DNA of 64,000 nt from Cenococcum geophilum. Lineage: Eukaryota. Location of the stretch: contig CP158636.1 in the NCBI GenBank assembly GCA_050273025.1, positions 1,922,001 to 1,986,000 of the forward strand, given 5' to 3'. The notes beneath the pieces were generated by a model. It ran no database searches, was not told the DNA's origin, and was given only the letters and a program-made list of their open reading frames with translations. A program made the translations under genes and the position numbers. Position 1 is the first letter of the stretch. Each line of letters starts with the position of its first letter. This document shows, piece after piece, positions 50,403-63,400 of the stretch.

Positions 50403-53400
50403 TATTACGGCACTAACCTAACGTATTGTTATAACTTAGTGTTGCTATAACACAAGTACAGACCTAACCCCTAAGCGACGTGTATATATACCGCCTCACC
50501 TCCTATATAGATCCTCACACGATATCATTTATCAATTATATACAGTCACCTCGTATATCGTACCTTAACAGTCCGTACGTACTATAACAGTATATCGTAT
50601 TATCTTATACGCCCCTAGTAGGGCCTCGTTTCCAAAGCTACGTTTTTAAAGCTACCCTACCCTAGGCGGGATTCTTACCCCTATATAATAATGCCGACCT
50701 AGTAAAATCTCTATTAAATCTATTTAAATTAATCTCCTTTCTATCTACCTAAGTTTCCTAGGCTGGCTGCAGGGAGACACCCTATGGGCTATAGTTCCTC
50801 TTCTTAGTCTTTACCTAAGTTTCCTAGGCCAGCTATAGGGAGTTTACCCTATGGGCTATAGTTCCTTATTTTAGTCTTAGTCTCCAAGTCTATTTCTAGC
50901 TATACTACTACTTTATATCTAAGTTTCTAAGCCGGCTGTAGGGAGACACCCTACGGGCTATATTCCTTATGTCTTAATTATAGTATAAGACTATAGGTTA
51001 CTAATCTTAATCTCTCTATCTCTCCGTCTTTAAATCCGTATAGATAGTACTTTAAGTTTACTGTGATAAGAATCTACGTTTTAACCTTAATCTCCGCACT
51101 CTAAGCCTCTTAAGTCTACGCAATAACCTCGATCTCTGTAACCCCCGAGCCTTTTAAGTCTACGCCTTAATTTTAATCTCCGCACCCTAAGCCTTTTAAG
51201 TTTATACCTTAACCTTAATCTTCGCAACTTCGAGCCTTTTAAGAGTTAATATCCGCAATACGCCCCGCGGTTATATTTTTTTCATCTCCTCCGTTTTCCA
51301 TATTAGTTTCGCTTCTTTACCTTAGCTTTATATTATATCTAGCACTTAAGACAAGTGCTAGCGGAGAGCGATATAGTAGGGATATAGGTAGGAGGGTCTA
51401 AGGACTATAAGGACGAGAACTTTAAGGACTAGAAGGATAAGGATATATAGTCTATTTTTTTTTACCTTCGCATTTTTACTGCCGTTACTTGGCTCACAGG
51501 AGCTTGCCTTAAAAGGGGGATATACTGTTACGGCACTGACCTAACGTATTATTATAACTTGGTATTGCTATAATACGAGCATAGATCTAACCCCTAAGCG
51601 ACGTATATATATACTACCTTACCTCCTATATAGATCCTCATATAACATCGTTTGTTAATTATATACAGTCACCTCGTATATTATACCTTAATAGTCCGCA
51701 CGTACTGTGATAGTATATCGTGTTATCTTATACGCCCCTAATAGGGCCTTGTTTCCAAAGCTATATTTCTAAAGCTACCCTACCCTAGGCGGGATTCTTA
51801 CCCCTATATAATAATGCCGACCCAGTAAAATCTCTGTCAAATCCATTTAAACTAATCTCCTCTCTATCTACCTAAGTTTCCTAAGCCGGCTGCAGGGAGA
51901 CACCCTATAGGCTATAGTTCCTCTTTTTAGTCTCTACCCGAGTTTCCTAGGCCGGCTATAGGGAGTTTACCCTACGGGCTATAGTTCCTCGTCTTAGTCT
52001 TAGTCTCTAAGTCCGTTTCTAGCCATGCTACTACTTTACGTTTAAGTTTCTAAGCTGGCTATAGGGAGATACCCTACGGGCTATGTTCCTTATATCTTAA
52101 TTACAGTATAAGACTATAGGTTACCGATCTCGATCTCTCCGTCTCTCCGTCTTTAAATCCGCATAGATAGTACTTTAAGTTTACCGCGACAAGAATCTAC
52201 GTTTTAACCTCAATCTCCACACTTCGAGCCTCTTAAGTCTACGCAATAACCTTAATCTCCGTAACTCCCAAGCCTTTTAAGTTTACGCCTTAATCTCGAT
52301 CTCCGCACCCTAAGCCTTTCAAGTTTATACTTTAACCTTAATCTCCGCAACTTTAAGCCTTTTAAGAGTTAATATCCGCAATACGCCCCGCGGTTATATT
52401 TTTTTCGTCTCCTCCATTTTCTATATTAGTTTCGCTCCTTCGCCTTAGCTTTATATTATATCTAGTACTTAAGATAAGTGCTAGCGGAGAGCGATGTAGT
52501 AGGGATATAGGTAGGAGGGTCTAAAGACTATAAGGACGAGGACCTTAAGGACTGGAAGGATGAGAACCTTTAAGGACTAGAAGGATAAGAATATATAGTC
52601 TATTTTTTTTTACCTCCGCATTTTTACTGCCGTTACTTAGCTTATAGGAGCTCGCCTTAAAAGGGGGATATACTGTTATAGCACTAACCTAACGCATTGT
52701 TATAACTTAGTGTTGCTATAACACGAGCACAGACCTAACCCCTAAGCGACGTGTATATATACCGCCTCACCTCCTACATAGATCCTTATACGACATCGTT
52801 TGTCAATTATATACAGTTACCTCGTACATTGTACCTTAATAGTTCGCACGTACTATAATAGTATGTCGTGTTATCTTATACGCCCTTAATAGGGCCTTGT
52901 TTCTAAAGCTATATTTTTAAAGCTACCTTACCCTAGGCAGGATTCTTACCCCTATACAATAATGCCGACCTAATAAAATCTCTATTAAATCTATTTAAAC
53001 CAATCTCCTCTCTATCTACCTAAGTTTCCTAAGCCGGCTGTAGGGAGACACCCTGCGGGCTATGGTTTCTCTTTTTAGTCTCTACCTAAGTTTCCTAGGC
53101 CGGCTATAGGGAGTTCACCCTGCGGGCTATAGTTCCTTATCTTAGTCTTAGTCTCTAAGTCCGTTTCTAGCTATATTACTGCTTTATATCTAAGTTTCTA
53201 AGCCAGCTATAGGGAGATACCCTGCGGGCTATGTTCCTTATGTCTTAATTACAGTATAAGACTATAGGTTACCGATCTCAATCTCTCCGTCTCTCCGTCT
53301 TCAAATCCGTATAGATAGTACTTTAAGTTTACCGCGACAAGAATCTATATTTTAACCTCAATCTCCGCACTCTAAGCCTCTTAAGTCTATGCAATAACCT

Positions 53401-54008
53401 TAATCTCCGTAACCCCTAAGCCTTTTAAGTCTACGCCTTAATCTTAATCTCCGCATCCCGAGCCTTTTAAGTCTATACCTTAACCTTAATCTCCGCAACT
53501 TCGAGCCTTTTAAGAGTTAATATCCGCAATACACCCCGCGGTTATATTTTTTTCGTCTCCTCCGTTTTCTATATTAGTTTCGCTCCTTCGCCTTAGCTTT
53601 ATATTATATCTAGCACTTAAGACGAGTGCTAGCGGAGAGCGATGTAGTAGGGATATAGGTAGGAGGGTTTAAGGACTGTAAGGATGAGGACCTTAAGGAC
53701 TGGAAGGACGAGAACCTTTAAGGACTAGAAGGATAAGGATATATAGTTTATTTTTTTTTACCTTCGCATTTTTACTGCCGTTACTTAGCTTATAGGAGCT
53801 CGCCTTAGAAGGGGGATATACTGTTACGGCACTGACCTAATGCATTGTTATAACTTGGTGTTGCTATAACACGAGCACAAACCTGACCCCTAAGCGACGT
53901 GTATATATACCGCCTCACCTCCTATATAGATCCTTATATGACATCGTTTGTTAATTATATACAGTTACCTTATATATTGTACCTTGACAGTTTACACGTA
54001 CTGTAACA
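50403..54008 (+). mobile_element. Tandem array of a TRIM-like non-autonomous LTR element (4 LTRs, 3 non-coding internal regions)
   Basis: 187-bp LTRs at 50403-50589, 51526-51712, 52674-52860 and 53822-54008; PPT aagggggata before LTRs 2-4; a single TSD gttat (50398-50402, 54009-54013). Confidence 0.97.
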
Positions 54009-55949
54009 GTTATAAAAACAGATATATTAGACTATGCACTAGGAGTATACTTTATACAGAAATAATAAAATAGATAGTATCTAGGAGCATACTATAGTCG
54101 GAAAATAATACTATTAAAGTTAAACTACGACATTTATAACAAGGAGTTATTAGGTATAGTTACAGCACTAAAGGAATAGAGAGCATTCTTATAAGGTATA
54201 AAGAAACTATTTATAGTTAAGATAGATTATAAGAACCTAATAGGATTCCTAATAATAAAGGAACTTAACTAGAGATAGGTTAGATAGGCAGAGATACTTA
54301 TAAAATACTATTTTAAGATTTAGTATACTAAAGGTATAAATAATATATAAGTAGATGCTCTAAGTTAGAAAGCTAAACTATAGAATAATGAAAAGCTATT
54401 AGGGGCTTTACTACAAAAAGACACAAACGGACTAATTAGATATAATTACCCGAAAATTATAGCAACTTAGAAGAATAATAAACCAAAAAGAATTTATAAG
54501 TCACTAAAAAGCTTTTAGGTATAAAGAATTCTAAAAGTATAGCTAGAAGATCTATAGATAGATATATATAAAAATTAAAAAGCAAAGTATATCCTAAGAA
54601 GCATAATAGAACAATTTATAGAAGATTTCTATAAGGGAATAACTTAAGGACATAATGGGGCCATAGGCTTAGTATTAAGACTCCAAAAGGAGTACATTAT
54701 TAATAAAATCTAGAATATTATAAGAAAAGTAATAAAGGAGTATCTAAATTACTAAAGGAATAAACTAATAAGGCATAAGCTATACGGAGGGCTATAACCT
54801 ATTAAAATACTAGAGAGATTATAGGAGGTTATATTATAGGACTTTATTATTAAGTTACTAAAGTTAAGAGATCCTATTACTAGATAAGATTATAATGTAA
54901 TTTTAGTAATAGTAGACAAGCTTATAAAGTAGGGATACTTTATAGCGTATATAGAAGAAATATTAGTAGAAGATATCGCTAGAATCTATATTAAAGAAGT
55001 ATTTATAAGGCATAGAGTACTAAACAAAATTATATTAGATAGACATCTAATATTTATAGCAGTATTTTAGGAGGTATTCTTAGCGAAACAAGGAGTTAGA
55101 GTAGTAACTTTTACCGTATATTTTCCGCAAATAGACGGTTAAACAGAAAGATTAAACTAGATACTAGAATAGTATCTAAGGCACTATATTAATTATATAT
55201 AGAATAATTAGGCATTATTATTACTAGTTATATAGTTTATATATAATATAATACTATAAGAAGGAATAGGCATATTACTATTTAAGGCAAATTATAGATA
55301 TAAGCTAAAGATATCGTTATTACCATAATAAGCAAAGAAAATAAGTAGTATAGTAAAAGAAAGAGTAAAGACGTTAATAAATCTTTATATAGACCTTATA
55401 GAATTAATAAAGGAAGTATAAAATAAAATAAAAAGGTACTATAATGCTAAGAGATCTAAGGGACTAGATCTTAAGGAGGAAGATAAAGTGTGGCTACTAT
55501 ATAAAAATTTTAAAAATTAATAACTAAGTAAGAAGTTAGACTACGTTAGACTAGGACCTTTTAAAATTAAATAAAGGATTTTACTAGTTACGTTTAAGTT
55601 AAACCTATTAGCTAAAATAAAGATCTACCCTATATAGCATATTATAATACTAGAGCTAGTATATAGGAATATTAAGCCACTAGCTTATAAAGTAGATATA
55701 TATAAAGGATAGAAAGAAGATAAATAGCAAGTTTTAAAGATTATTAGTTATAAGAACATTAACAATAAAATATAGTATAAGGTTAAGTAGATAGGCTATA
55801 CTAAGACTACTTAGAAACTATTAGAGAATTTAAAAAATGCTATAGAAAAGGTATAGGAGTATTAAAAGAAATTAGGTTAGGTAGCATTAATAAAAAAGGA
55901 TTACTAAAAAATAAGTTACCTAAGGGGGACCTAAGAAGAGTAGTTGCTA

Positions 55950-56512
55950 AACTACTTAGATCTATTTCCTTTTTTATTAAAAGAGAATCCGGTTTTTTAT
56001 TACTAAGTTTCTATAAACCCTATTCTATAAGTTTTTACTCCTTAAAACAGACCTTTTTATAAACCTTCTTAAGACGGATTAACCGAGCGGACGCCGTAAG
56101 ATAAGACTTAAGGGCCCGTTACTAAGCATTAGTAGCCTCCCGTTCTATATTATAAGAATAGCGTAACTCTACTAGAGTAATAGATGGGTTATTATCTAGC
56201 TATATAGCAGTAGATTAAATATAAAACCCTAAAACAAATTAATTAGGGAACTAGACAACTATTAAAAGTAATAGGTTACGTATATTTAGTATTAGAGATA
56301 GAGCAAACATTATAAGATAAATAAATATTTGCTTTAGTGCACTTTAAATAAAAGGACGGTTATTATAAAGATAGGTTTGCTAACGTAATATAAACTAACC
56401 CCTTTTTTAAACAATAAGAACACGGAGATAGTATAATCTTACTAAGAGATAATATCGCAGTAATAGTGCGAGTGCGACGAACAGTTAAGGAAGAAGAAAT
56501 TGCTTTAGGTAT
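55950..56512 (-). pseudogene. Antisense accessory ORF in the 3' region of Gypsy B (Cys cluster + coiled coil)
   Basis: De-RIPed (M)PKAISSS..RRTR....LSL(G)(E)I(M)(P)SPCSYC.KKGLV(C)I....(C).(E)CTKAN...S(C)(D)V, then after a probable intron EREA..A..RAL...L.ASARL.RL(E)KV..KV..KE(Q)KL.E(Q)GL(Q)EL. Confidence 0.65.
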
Positions 56513-57384
56513 AATAAGTAAAGATATTAACTAAATTAATTAGACGGATATTATACCTCTAGTAAATAACTTAGAAATATTTTAAATCTTTAAGAACGAA
56601 GATAAAGAGGAGGGAGATGGTATTATAAACGCTTTAAGTACGATATTATAACTACTTAGAGAAGAGTTAGAGGAAGCTAGTTAGTTAATATAAGTACGGT
56701 TTAGAATAGAGCTAGTAAAGCTATATAACGAGAAATAGTAACTAAGGTTACGTAATATAATCTATAGGATTTATAGGATCTATATAATCCGTAATAGAGT
56801 AAATAGAGTATATGTATATTATGTATAAGAAGGATTTTATAGGAGTATAGTTGTATATTTAAGGACCCTTAGTCCCTACCTAGATAGTTCCTTTCTTATA
56901 GTAATTCTTAAAATATAATTAAAGTTAATCTGTTAGGCAACTACTCCACCAGTTATTATTACGTTGTTAACTTTAATTTACATTACCTATATACCTAGCC
57001 TATTAACAAGCCCATTGTAGTTCTTACTATAAGGTTCCGTTACATTTAATCTTAAAATTAAATTATATAAGCTTCTTTACCTATCTAGCTTATTAAAGTA
57101 TAAGCTCCTTTATAGTTATAAAGTAGCGTAGATTATAATAATCTAAGAGTATATAAGTAGTATAGCTCGCGTGCTTAAGGTAGTGTCGCCACTATTTAAA
57201 GTAGTTAACTATACCTAGCAGTTCCTTATTGTAGGTATAATACCTAACTTTAGGTCCCTAGAATTCTCTGCTATAAAATACTACTAGTCTTTAATAGAGC
57301 TAGGTAGCGTCTAGATACCTATTAGGTTATAATAGAATATTAATAATAGCAAAATTTAATACATTAGTAATTATTATTAATAGC

Positions 57385-60300
57385 TGTCTAAACGAGTTCG
57401 AACGGGAATTTATAGTCGCAATCACGTGAGCTAAGCGAGCTCAGGAAACCCCTTAAATTCTACCTCTTTATATACGATTAGAAGAACAAGTCACCATCAT
57501 CCAAACGAGCATACAATACTACACGTATTTCGTGCCCCCTGGATGTAACTCACTCGTACTATTAAGTTAGTATAAACACTAATTAGTAAGCGCGCACAGA
57601 TCAGCAATCACTTAACACCTCCCCCAAGCGATACTCGATAGCGACCACCCGTTTAGACTCCTAGTACGACCTACTAGAAGGTCAGAAGTTGGGGATTACG
57701 GACTATTACTAACTCTGTATACTTATTTAAGTCTTAGTACGGTTTACTAGAAGTATAATAGACGCGAATACAGACCTATACGGAACCCCCTACCCTTAAA
57801 CCTTAAACCCCTATCCCTACTACACCCTCTTTTAATACCTCTAACGTCTTTTTAGACCCCTTATGGAGACCCCCTACCCTTCTGCAAACCGTTACGGACT
57901 CGTTAATTACCTTTACGGACCGTTACAGAGACCTCCTACCCCTCTACAAACTACTACGGACCTATTAAAACCCCTTACAGAAACCCCCTACCCTTCTACG
58001 AACCACTACGGACCTATTAAGACCCCTTACGGATACCCTTATCTTTCTACAAACTGTTACGGACCCGCTAACCAATTTTACGGACCATTATAGGACCTCC
58101 TCTACCCGCTACAAGCTGCTACCACCCACTACGCACCATACTACACTACATAGTATGGCAAATATCAGCAAGCAAGTTAATAAAGGTCAAAGAAAGTGGA
58201 GGCAGGGAGTCGATATTAAGTCTATACCTAACGTCAACGACTACATTAAGTTCAAAATCCTTAAATACGGATACTTTAAGCTTATAAACGACGACCTATA
58301 GGAGTAATACTAGGAAGACTTTGCGGACTTTACGGAAGCTATTTTTAAGACCTATAACCGTATAGCTACCTACAATTTACGAACGCTTTTACGGTATTAA
58401 GGTATATGGGTTAACAAGCAAGTTACTATTACAGTCTTTATACGATACACTATGTAAGGAAGACTAAACGGAATAGACCAAAGAGGAAGTCCTAGACCAC
58501 ATTAATACTAATGGATTCTTTACCTCTTGTAAACTTAACTAGGTCTTTATAGGACCTTCAATACTTACAAATCCACCATTACCTAGAGAAATAGGACTTT
58601 TGCTATATACAACGTTAAAAGAAGAACTGGACAAGACGTTAAAGGAAGAGACTATTAAAACGTCAGATAAGGACGAGACTTAGGTAAACTCTAGTGGAAA
58701 TTAATAAGTAGACTCTAGTGGAAATCAACAAGCAGACTCTAGTGGAAATTAATAGGTAGACTCCAGTAGAAATCAATAGGTGGACTCTAGTGGAAATCAA
58801 GACCAAGCAACCGATCAAAAGGAGCTTAACCCTCAAGACGATGATGCAATAGGCCCGCAAGCCTCAAAGGGTAATCCTCTACCTGGCCTTCCTACCCCAG
58901 CTCTATCACCAGAACCTCAATTAAATACTATAACTGCTCCGTCTACGCAAGCTCCACTTATACAAGCTCCGCCTGTACAAGCTCCGCCTATACAAGCTCC
59001 GCCTACGCAAGCTCCGTCCGCACAAGCTCTACCTACGCAAGCTTCGTCCGCGCAAGTTCCGTCTATACAACCTTCGCCTACATAAGCTTCGTCCGCATAA
59101 GCTCCGCCTATGCAAGCTCTATCCGTGCAAGCCCCGTTTACGCAAGCTCCGCCCACGCAAGCTCCGTCTGCACAAGCTCCGTCTATGCAAGCTCCGTCCA
59201 CGCAAGCTCCACCCGCACAAGCTCCGCCTATACAAGCTCCGCTAGCTTTACCCTCTTTATTAACTAAAGCCAAGGAGCCGCGGCAGCTGAGCTCGTACGA
59301 GCCCCCGCAACCTACCTAGCGACAGTACAACTCCTAGCAATTACTACCTACGGCAACCGCCTCTACCCTCCCCCTAGTAACTATCCCTACCCCACCTAGT
59401 CTTCCTCCCGCCTAGTATTTCTACTCTAGTACTACTAACACCGACCTTAATATATAGCTGCATATAGACCAACCTACGTATAACCCCCTGGGGGCGTATA
59501 TTACATCTATTTGCCAACCAAAGGCCTCATTTAATCTACCTTTTACTGCCTAGTCTTTAGCCGTTATATAGGAGAAGGAACACCCTAGTTAAGGAATATA
59601 TACTACCCCCTTTACGGACCGCCGCTACTGCCAGCAGTACTAAAACCCACCGCCTACACCGCCGTTTCGACCACCCGTTAGCCGAAAAGCCGTTCCAGTT
59701 AAGGCGTATTAGCCCATTAGGCTTATTAAGCGAGCTTACCTAGCTTTACGGAGTACTTATAGTTTATTTACAGCCCATTAAAAGGCCGTACGGTTTATTT
59801 ACGGACCATAAGTAGGACTTACGGCCAGCTTAAAGCACCGTTAGGAAGGCAGCCTAGACGGTACCTTAGAAGGAATTTCCTATGTATTTCTTTATATTTT
59901 ATAGTTTTATTTTTACGCATTTCTCTTATATTTTATGGTTTTATTAAAGCAAATTACGGAGGCTATATACAAGCGGTTCTATTTTTAAGTACCGCTAGTG
60001 TATAATTATAGCACCTGTTATATAGAGGAATTTCCTACGTATTTCTTTTGTATTTTATGGTTTTATTTCTTAATTTCTTTTGTGTTTTATAGTTTTATTT
60101 CTTAATTTCTTTCGTATTTTATAGTTTTATTTCTTACGTACTTCTTTTATACTTTATGGTTCTATTAAAGTAATTACGGAGGCTATACACAGGTGGTTTC
60201 ATTTTTTAAGTACCGCCAGTGTCTAAACGAGTTCGAACGGGAATTTATGGTCGCAATCACGTGAGCTAAGCGAGCTCAGGAAACCCCTTAAATTCTACCT

Positions 60301-60412
60301 CTTTATGTACGATTAGAAGAACAAGTCACCATCATCCAAACGAGCATATAATACTACACGTATTTCGTGCCCCTGGATCTAACTCACTCGTGCTATTAAG
60401 TTAGTACGAACA
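57385..60412 (+). mobile_element. Non-autonomous LTR element E (3.0 kb; gag-like N-terminus only, no pol), probably GalEa-type Copia derivative
   Basis: Near-identical LTRs 57385-57578 and 60220-60412; TSD atagc; ctaattagt immediately after the 5' LTR; no purine PPT (..taccgccag|TG). Degenerate ORF from ~58155: VNDYI.FKIL.Y....L.(D)DDL(W)E(Q)Y.EDFADFT...F....LRTLLR..G(V)WV. Confidence 0.85.
58680..59240 (+). repeat. In-frame coding repeats in element E: 24-bp (VDSSGNQQ) x~5 and 15-bp (QAPxx) x~20
   Basis: Visible in the sequence and in ORFs 58780-59085 and 59110-59319. Confidence 0.9.
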
Positions 60413-63400
60413 ATAGCTAATCTAGGTTAAAATGCCGTAGTAATAAAGCTTTTATAAACTTTGCGCGAAGTTTTTAAAAGGCCTCCTAAACCTTTCTAGG
60501 CCATAACTATAGCTTATACTATTTAGTTGGTCCCTTTTTAGTTTTCTTCCTTACCGCCTTTAAGCTTTTTACTCCTTAGGTTAGGTCTTAGAAAGCTTCT
60601 ATAATATAGTCGGATAGGTATTAGGCGACGTCCGAGTAGTTATAAATAAAGCGCCTATAGAAATTAGTAAAGCCTAGAAACACTTAAACATCCTAATAGC
60701 TCTTTAGCTCCGGCTACTCTTTGATTATCTACACTTATACTAGGTCTATAACTATACCTATAGGCGTTATAATATAATCTAGGAACTTAACCTGCTTAAT
60801 ATTAAAGATATACTTTAACGCTTTAGCGTAAAGGCCCTAATTATCTAAACGTTCCAGCACTTCGCGGACGTATTACTTATATTAATCCTTATCTTCTAAG
60901 TAGATTAAGATATTATCTAAATAGACAACGTATATATAGTTAACTAGTCCCCCTAAGGCTCTATAAATATATAATTAGAATGTTATAGGCGTATTAGCTA
61001 GCCCAAAAGGCATTACTAGATACTTAAGGTAGCCGTATTAGGTCTTAAAAGCGGTCTTTTATTTATCCCCTTCTTTAATATAAAGCCTATAATAAGCGTC
61101 TTATAGATTTAGCTTTATAAAGATCTTCGCCCTAAATAGTTAATCTAGCATTTTACTAACTAGTAGTAGTAGGTAACGGTTCTTAATTATAATCTTATTA
61201 AGACTATAATAGTCTACGTATAGCCTTATAGTTCTATCTAGTTTTAAAATAAAGAGGATTAGCGCGCTTGCCGGCGACTTACTAGGCTAAATCTACCCCT
61301 TTTTTAATAACCTATTAAGGTACTCCCGTAGGATCTTAAGCATTTTACACAAGAAGTTATAGATAGGAAGGTTTAGCGGTTATTTACCATCTTTTAGATT
61401 AATTATATAATCGTACTCCAAGTTCTATAGTAGGACTTTAGCTCTCTTATTTAAAAATACCCTTAGTAAGTCCCTTAGGCCTACTAGAATATTTAATAAA
61501 TTAGGGTTACGTTTATCCTCTATATTATTATTAGGTAGGTCCCGGAGCTCCCTTAAGATACTTATAAGCAGCGTCGTGCGCTATAGTGGTTGCTTATATA
61601 TAGTTACTACCGTATATTATACCGTTTTATATATTAGCTAATAAAGGGTAAAGAAATCCTTAACGCAGCGCTTAAGGTACTATAGTATACTCTCTGCATA
61701 TTACTTAAGCTAAAGTAACCTATAATGGTTAAAGTATCTTATCAGATCCTTAAAATCGCCGCCTCCCTATAATATCTCCGCGACTTATCTAGTAGTTCCT
61801 TATAGGGTCTCTATTATAGAGGGGTTATTACCTATACTAGGCTCTATACCTATTTTACTATTAAATAGGGCTTAGATCTAATACTCCTTTAGGTATAAAG
61901 CGTATACTATTTTACCTAGGGCTATATTCTCTGGGATGTCCTTTAGGCTTATTAGTAATATACGCCCTTCTAAATCTTTATTATTCTACTATTTAAAGGC
62001 TTCTGTTTTAAAGTATATCTTAAGATCTACTTCTATAAGCTAAGGGTATTTAAGGATAAGGTTATAACCTATAAAGTTAGCCGCCTAAAAGGGTTGTGGG
62101 CTAACTACCTTAGTATAGTTATATATATCGGCTACTAATACTATAAGCTTATAGGCACTATATAGTTTAATTTAATGCTTATCTAGGAAGCCTATAATAG
62201 GTTTCTACTACCTTTATAATGGGATAAGTTTATACTCTTTTACCAAATTATATTATATAAGATTAATTTTAACGCCACTATTATATAGTGCTTAGAACTA
62301 ACACATCTTACCTATAAGGAGTGTTATTTCTAGCTTAATAGTAATATAGAGAGTCTCTTCTACTATATCTTACTCTAATTACTACTAAGAGAGCTCCGCG
62401 ACTAGGGCTTTTCTTTTTTTAGATTATTAGTGCGGTTATTACCCTACTTGTTTTTCTAATAAGATCTACCTTTAGAGTTTTTTCTTAACTTCTTAAAGTG
62501 TTCCTATAAAGGTGCCGGATAGGTATTAGGTTGGCCCTAGGAGTCTTTCCTATTATTTAAGGTTTCTAACTTTAACCCTTCTAAAGTTCTCCTTAAAAAC
62601 GGCTTCTTTAAAGGTTAGGCCTGCCCTATATTACTACTAAAGTGCCCGCGCTTTTAATAACCCTTTAGCTTTCTACTAGAAGAGGTCTAATTCCTTATTA
62701 TATCTTTAGCGTTTAAAACTACTCGTTTAAAATCCATATATATAATAATCTATAATAGGGCTCCTACGCGCTTTATTTTGTTATAAATTGCTAGCTTAAT
62801 TCTAGCCTAGATAAACCCAATCTTCTCCTTCTTATAAATGCTACCGTTTTTATTTTTAAAGGGCTCTAGATCTATCTGTTAAGTATAAGTTTTTATAAAG
62901 TTTATAAACTAGCGGAAGTTATAATAGTTAAGCTATATCCTATTTTAGAACAGCTCTATATTATTATATTATATAATATATAGATCTTAAGTCTATTTCT
63001 TTAAAAAGGGTTACAGCTATAGCTATATAGTAATTTACTCTTTATTAAGCTAATTAAGTGTGATCTAGTTTAGCGATTAGTCTTTAATCTTGCTAATAAT
63101 CTAGCGTATACGCTCTTTAGTATTATCTTATATTATTAGTATCTTAAAGAAGTTGTCTACTTTATAAACCCAATCGTCCAACTACTAGGCATTAGGTTTA
63201 TAGCGGAGTTCTAAACTACTAAAGGCCTTAGCTAGTTAGTTTATATCCTTTTTCTATTTATAGCGTAGGTAACTCTCTAAGTCTTTTATACCTTCTTAGG
63301 TAAGTACTAAGTAGCTCCTAGAAAGCCCTTAGCCTTAGTTAGGTTATAAAAGATTTTATCTAGCCTAAATTAAGCTCTGCTAGATTTAAACCTGCCCCTA

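Larger units (their letters stand above)
45462..57044 (+). mobile_element. Full-length Ty3/Gypsy chromovirus B, RIP-inactivated, nested in D
   Basis: LTRs 45462-45885 and 56621-57044; TSD tttaa; PPT aaagaggagggagatgg. Gag from ~45932 with CCHC knuckle at ~46930-46975; protease LIDS(G)(A).RNYI at ~49000; RT YL(D)(D)IIIY at ~49962; RNase H (E)TD(A)(S)DYALG across the TRIM insertion; integrase ~54600-55350; chromodomain ~55710-55870. Confidence 0.97.

Noticed and set aside
57780..57830. Telomeric repeat tract
   Set aside because: Only degenerate ccttaaa words inside element E; there is no (CCCTAA)n run in the window.
7962..59319. ORF-track entries as real genes
   Set aside because: Most are antisense or off-frame shadows of RIPed elements or translations of minisatellites (KALY, SLII, YYPAI, GACIG). 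Only 58780-59085, 59110-59319 and possibly 22257-22592 follow a plausible original frame, and these are pseudogene pieces.
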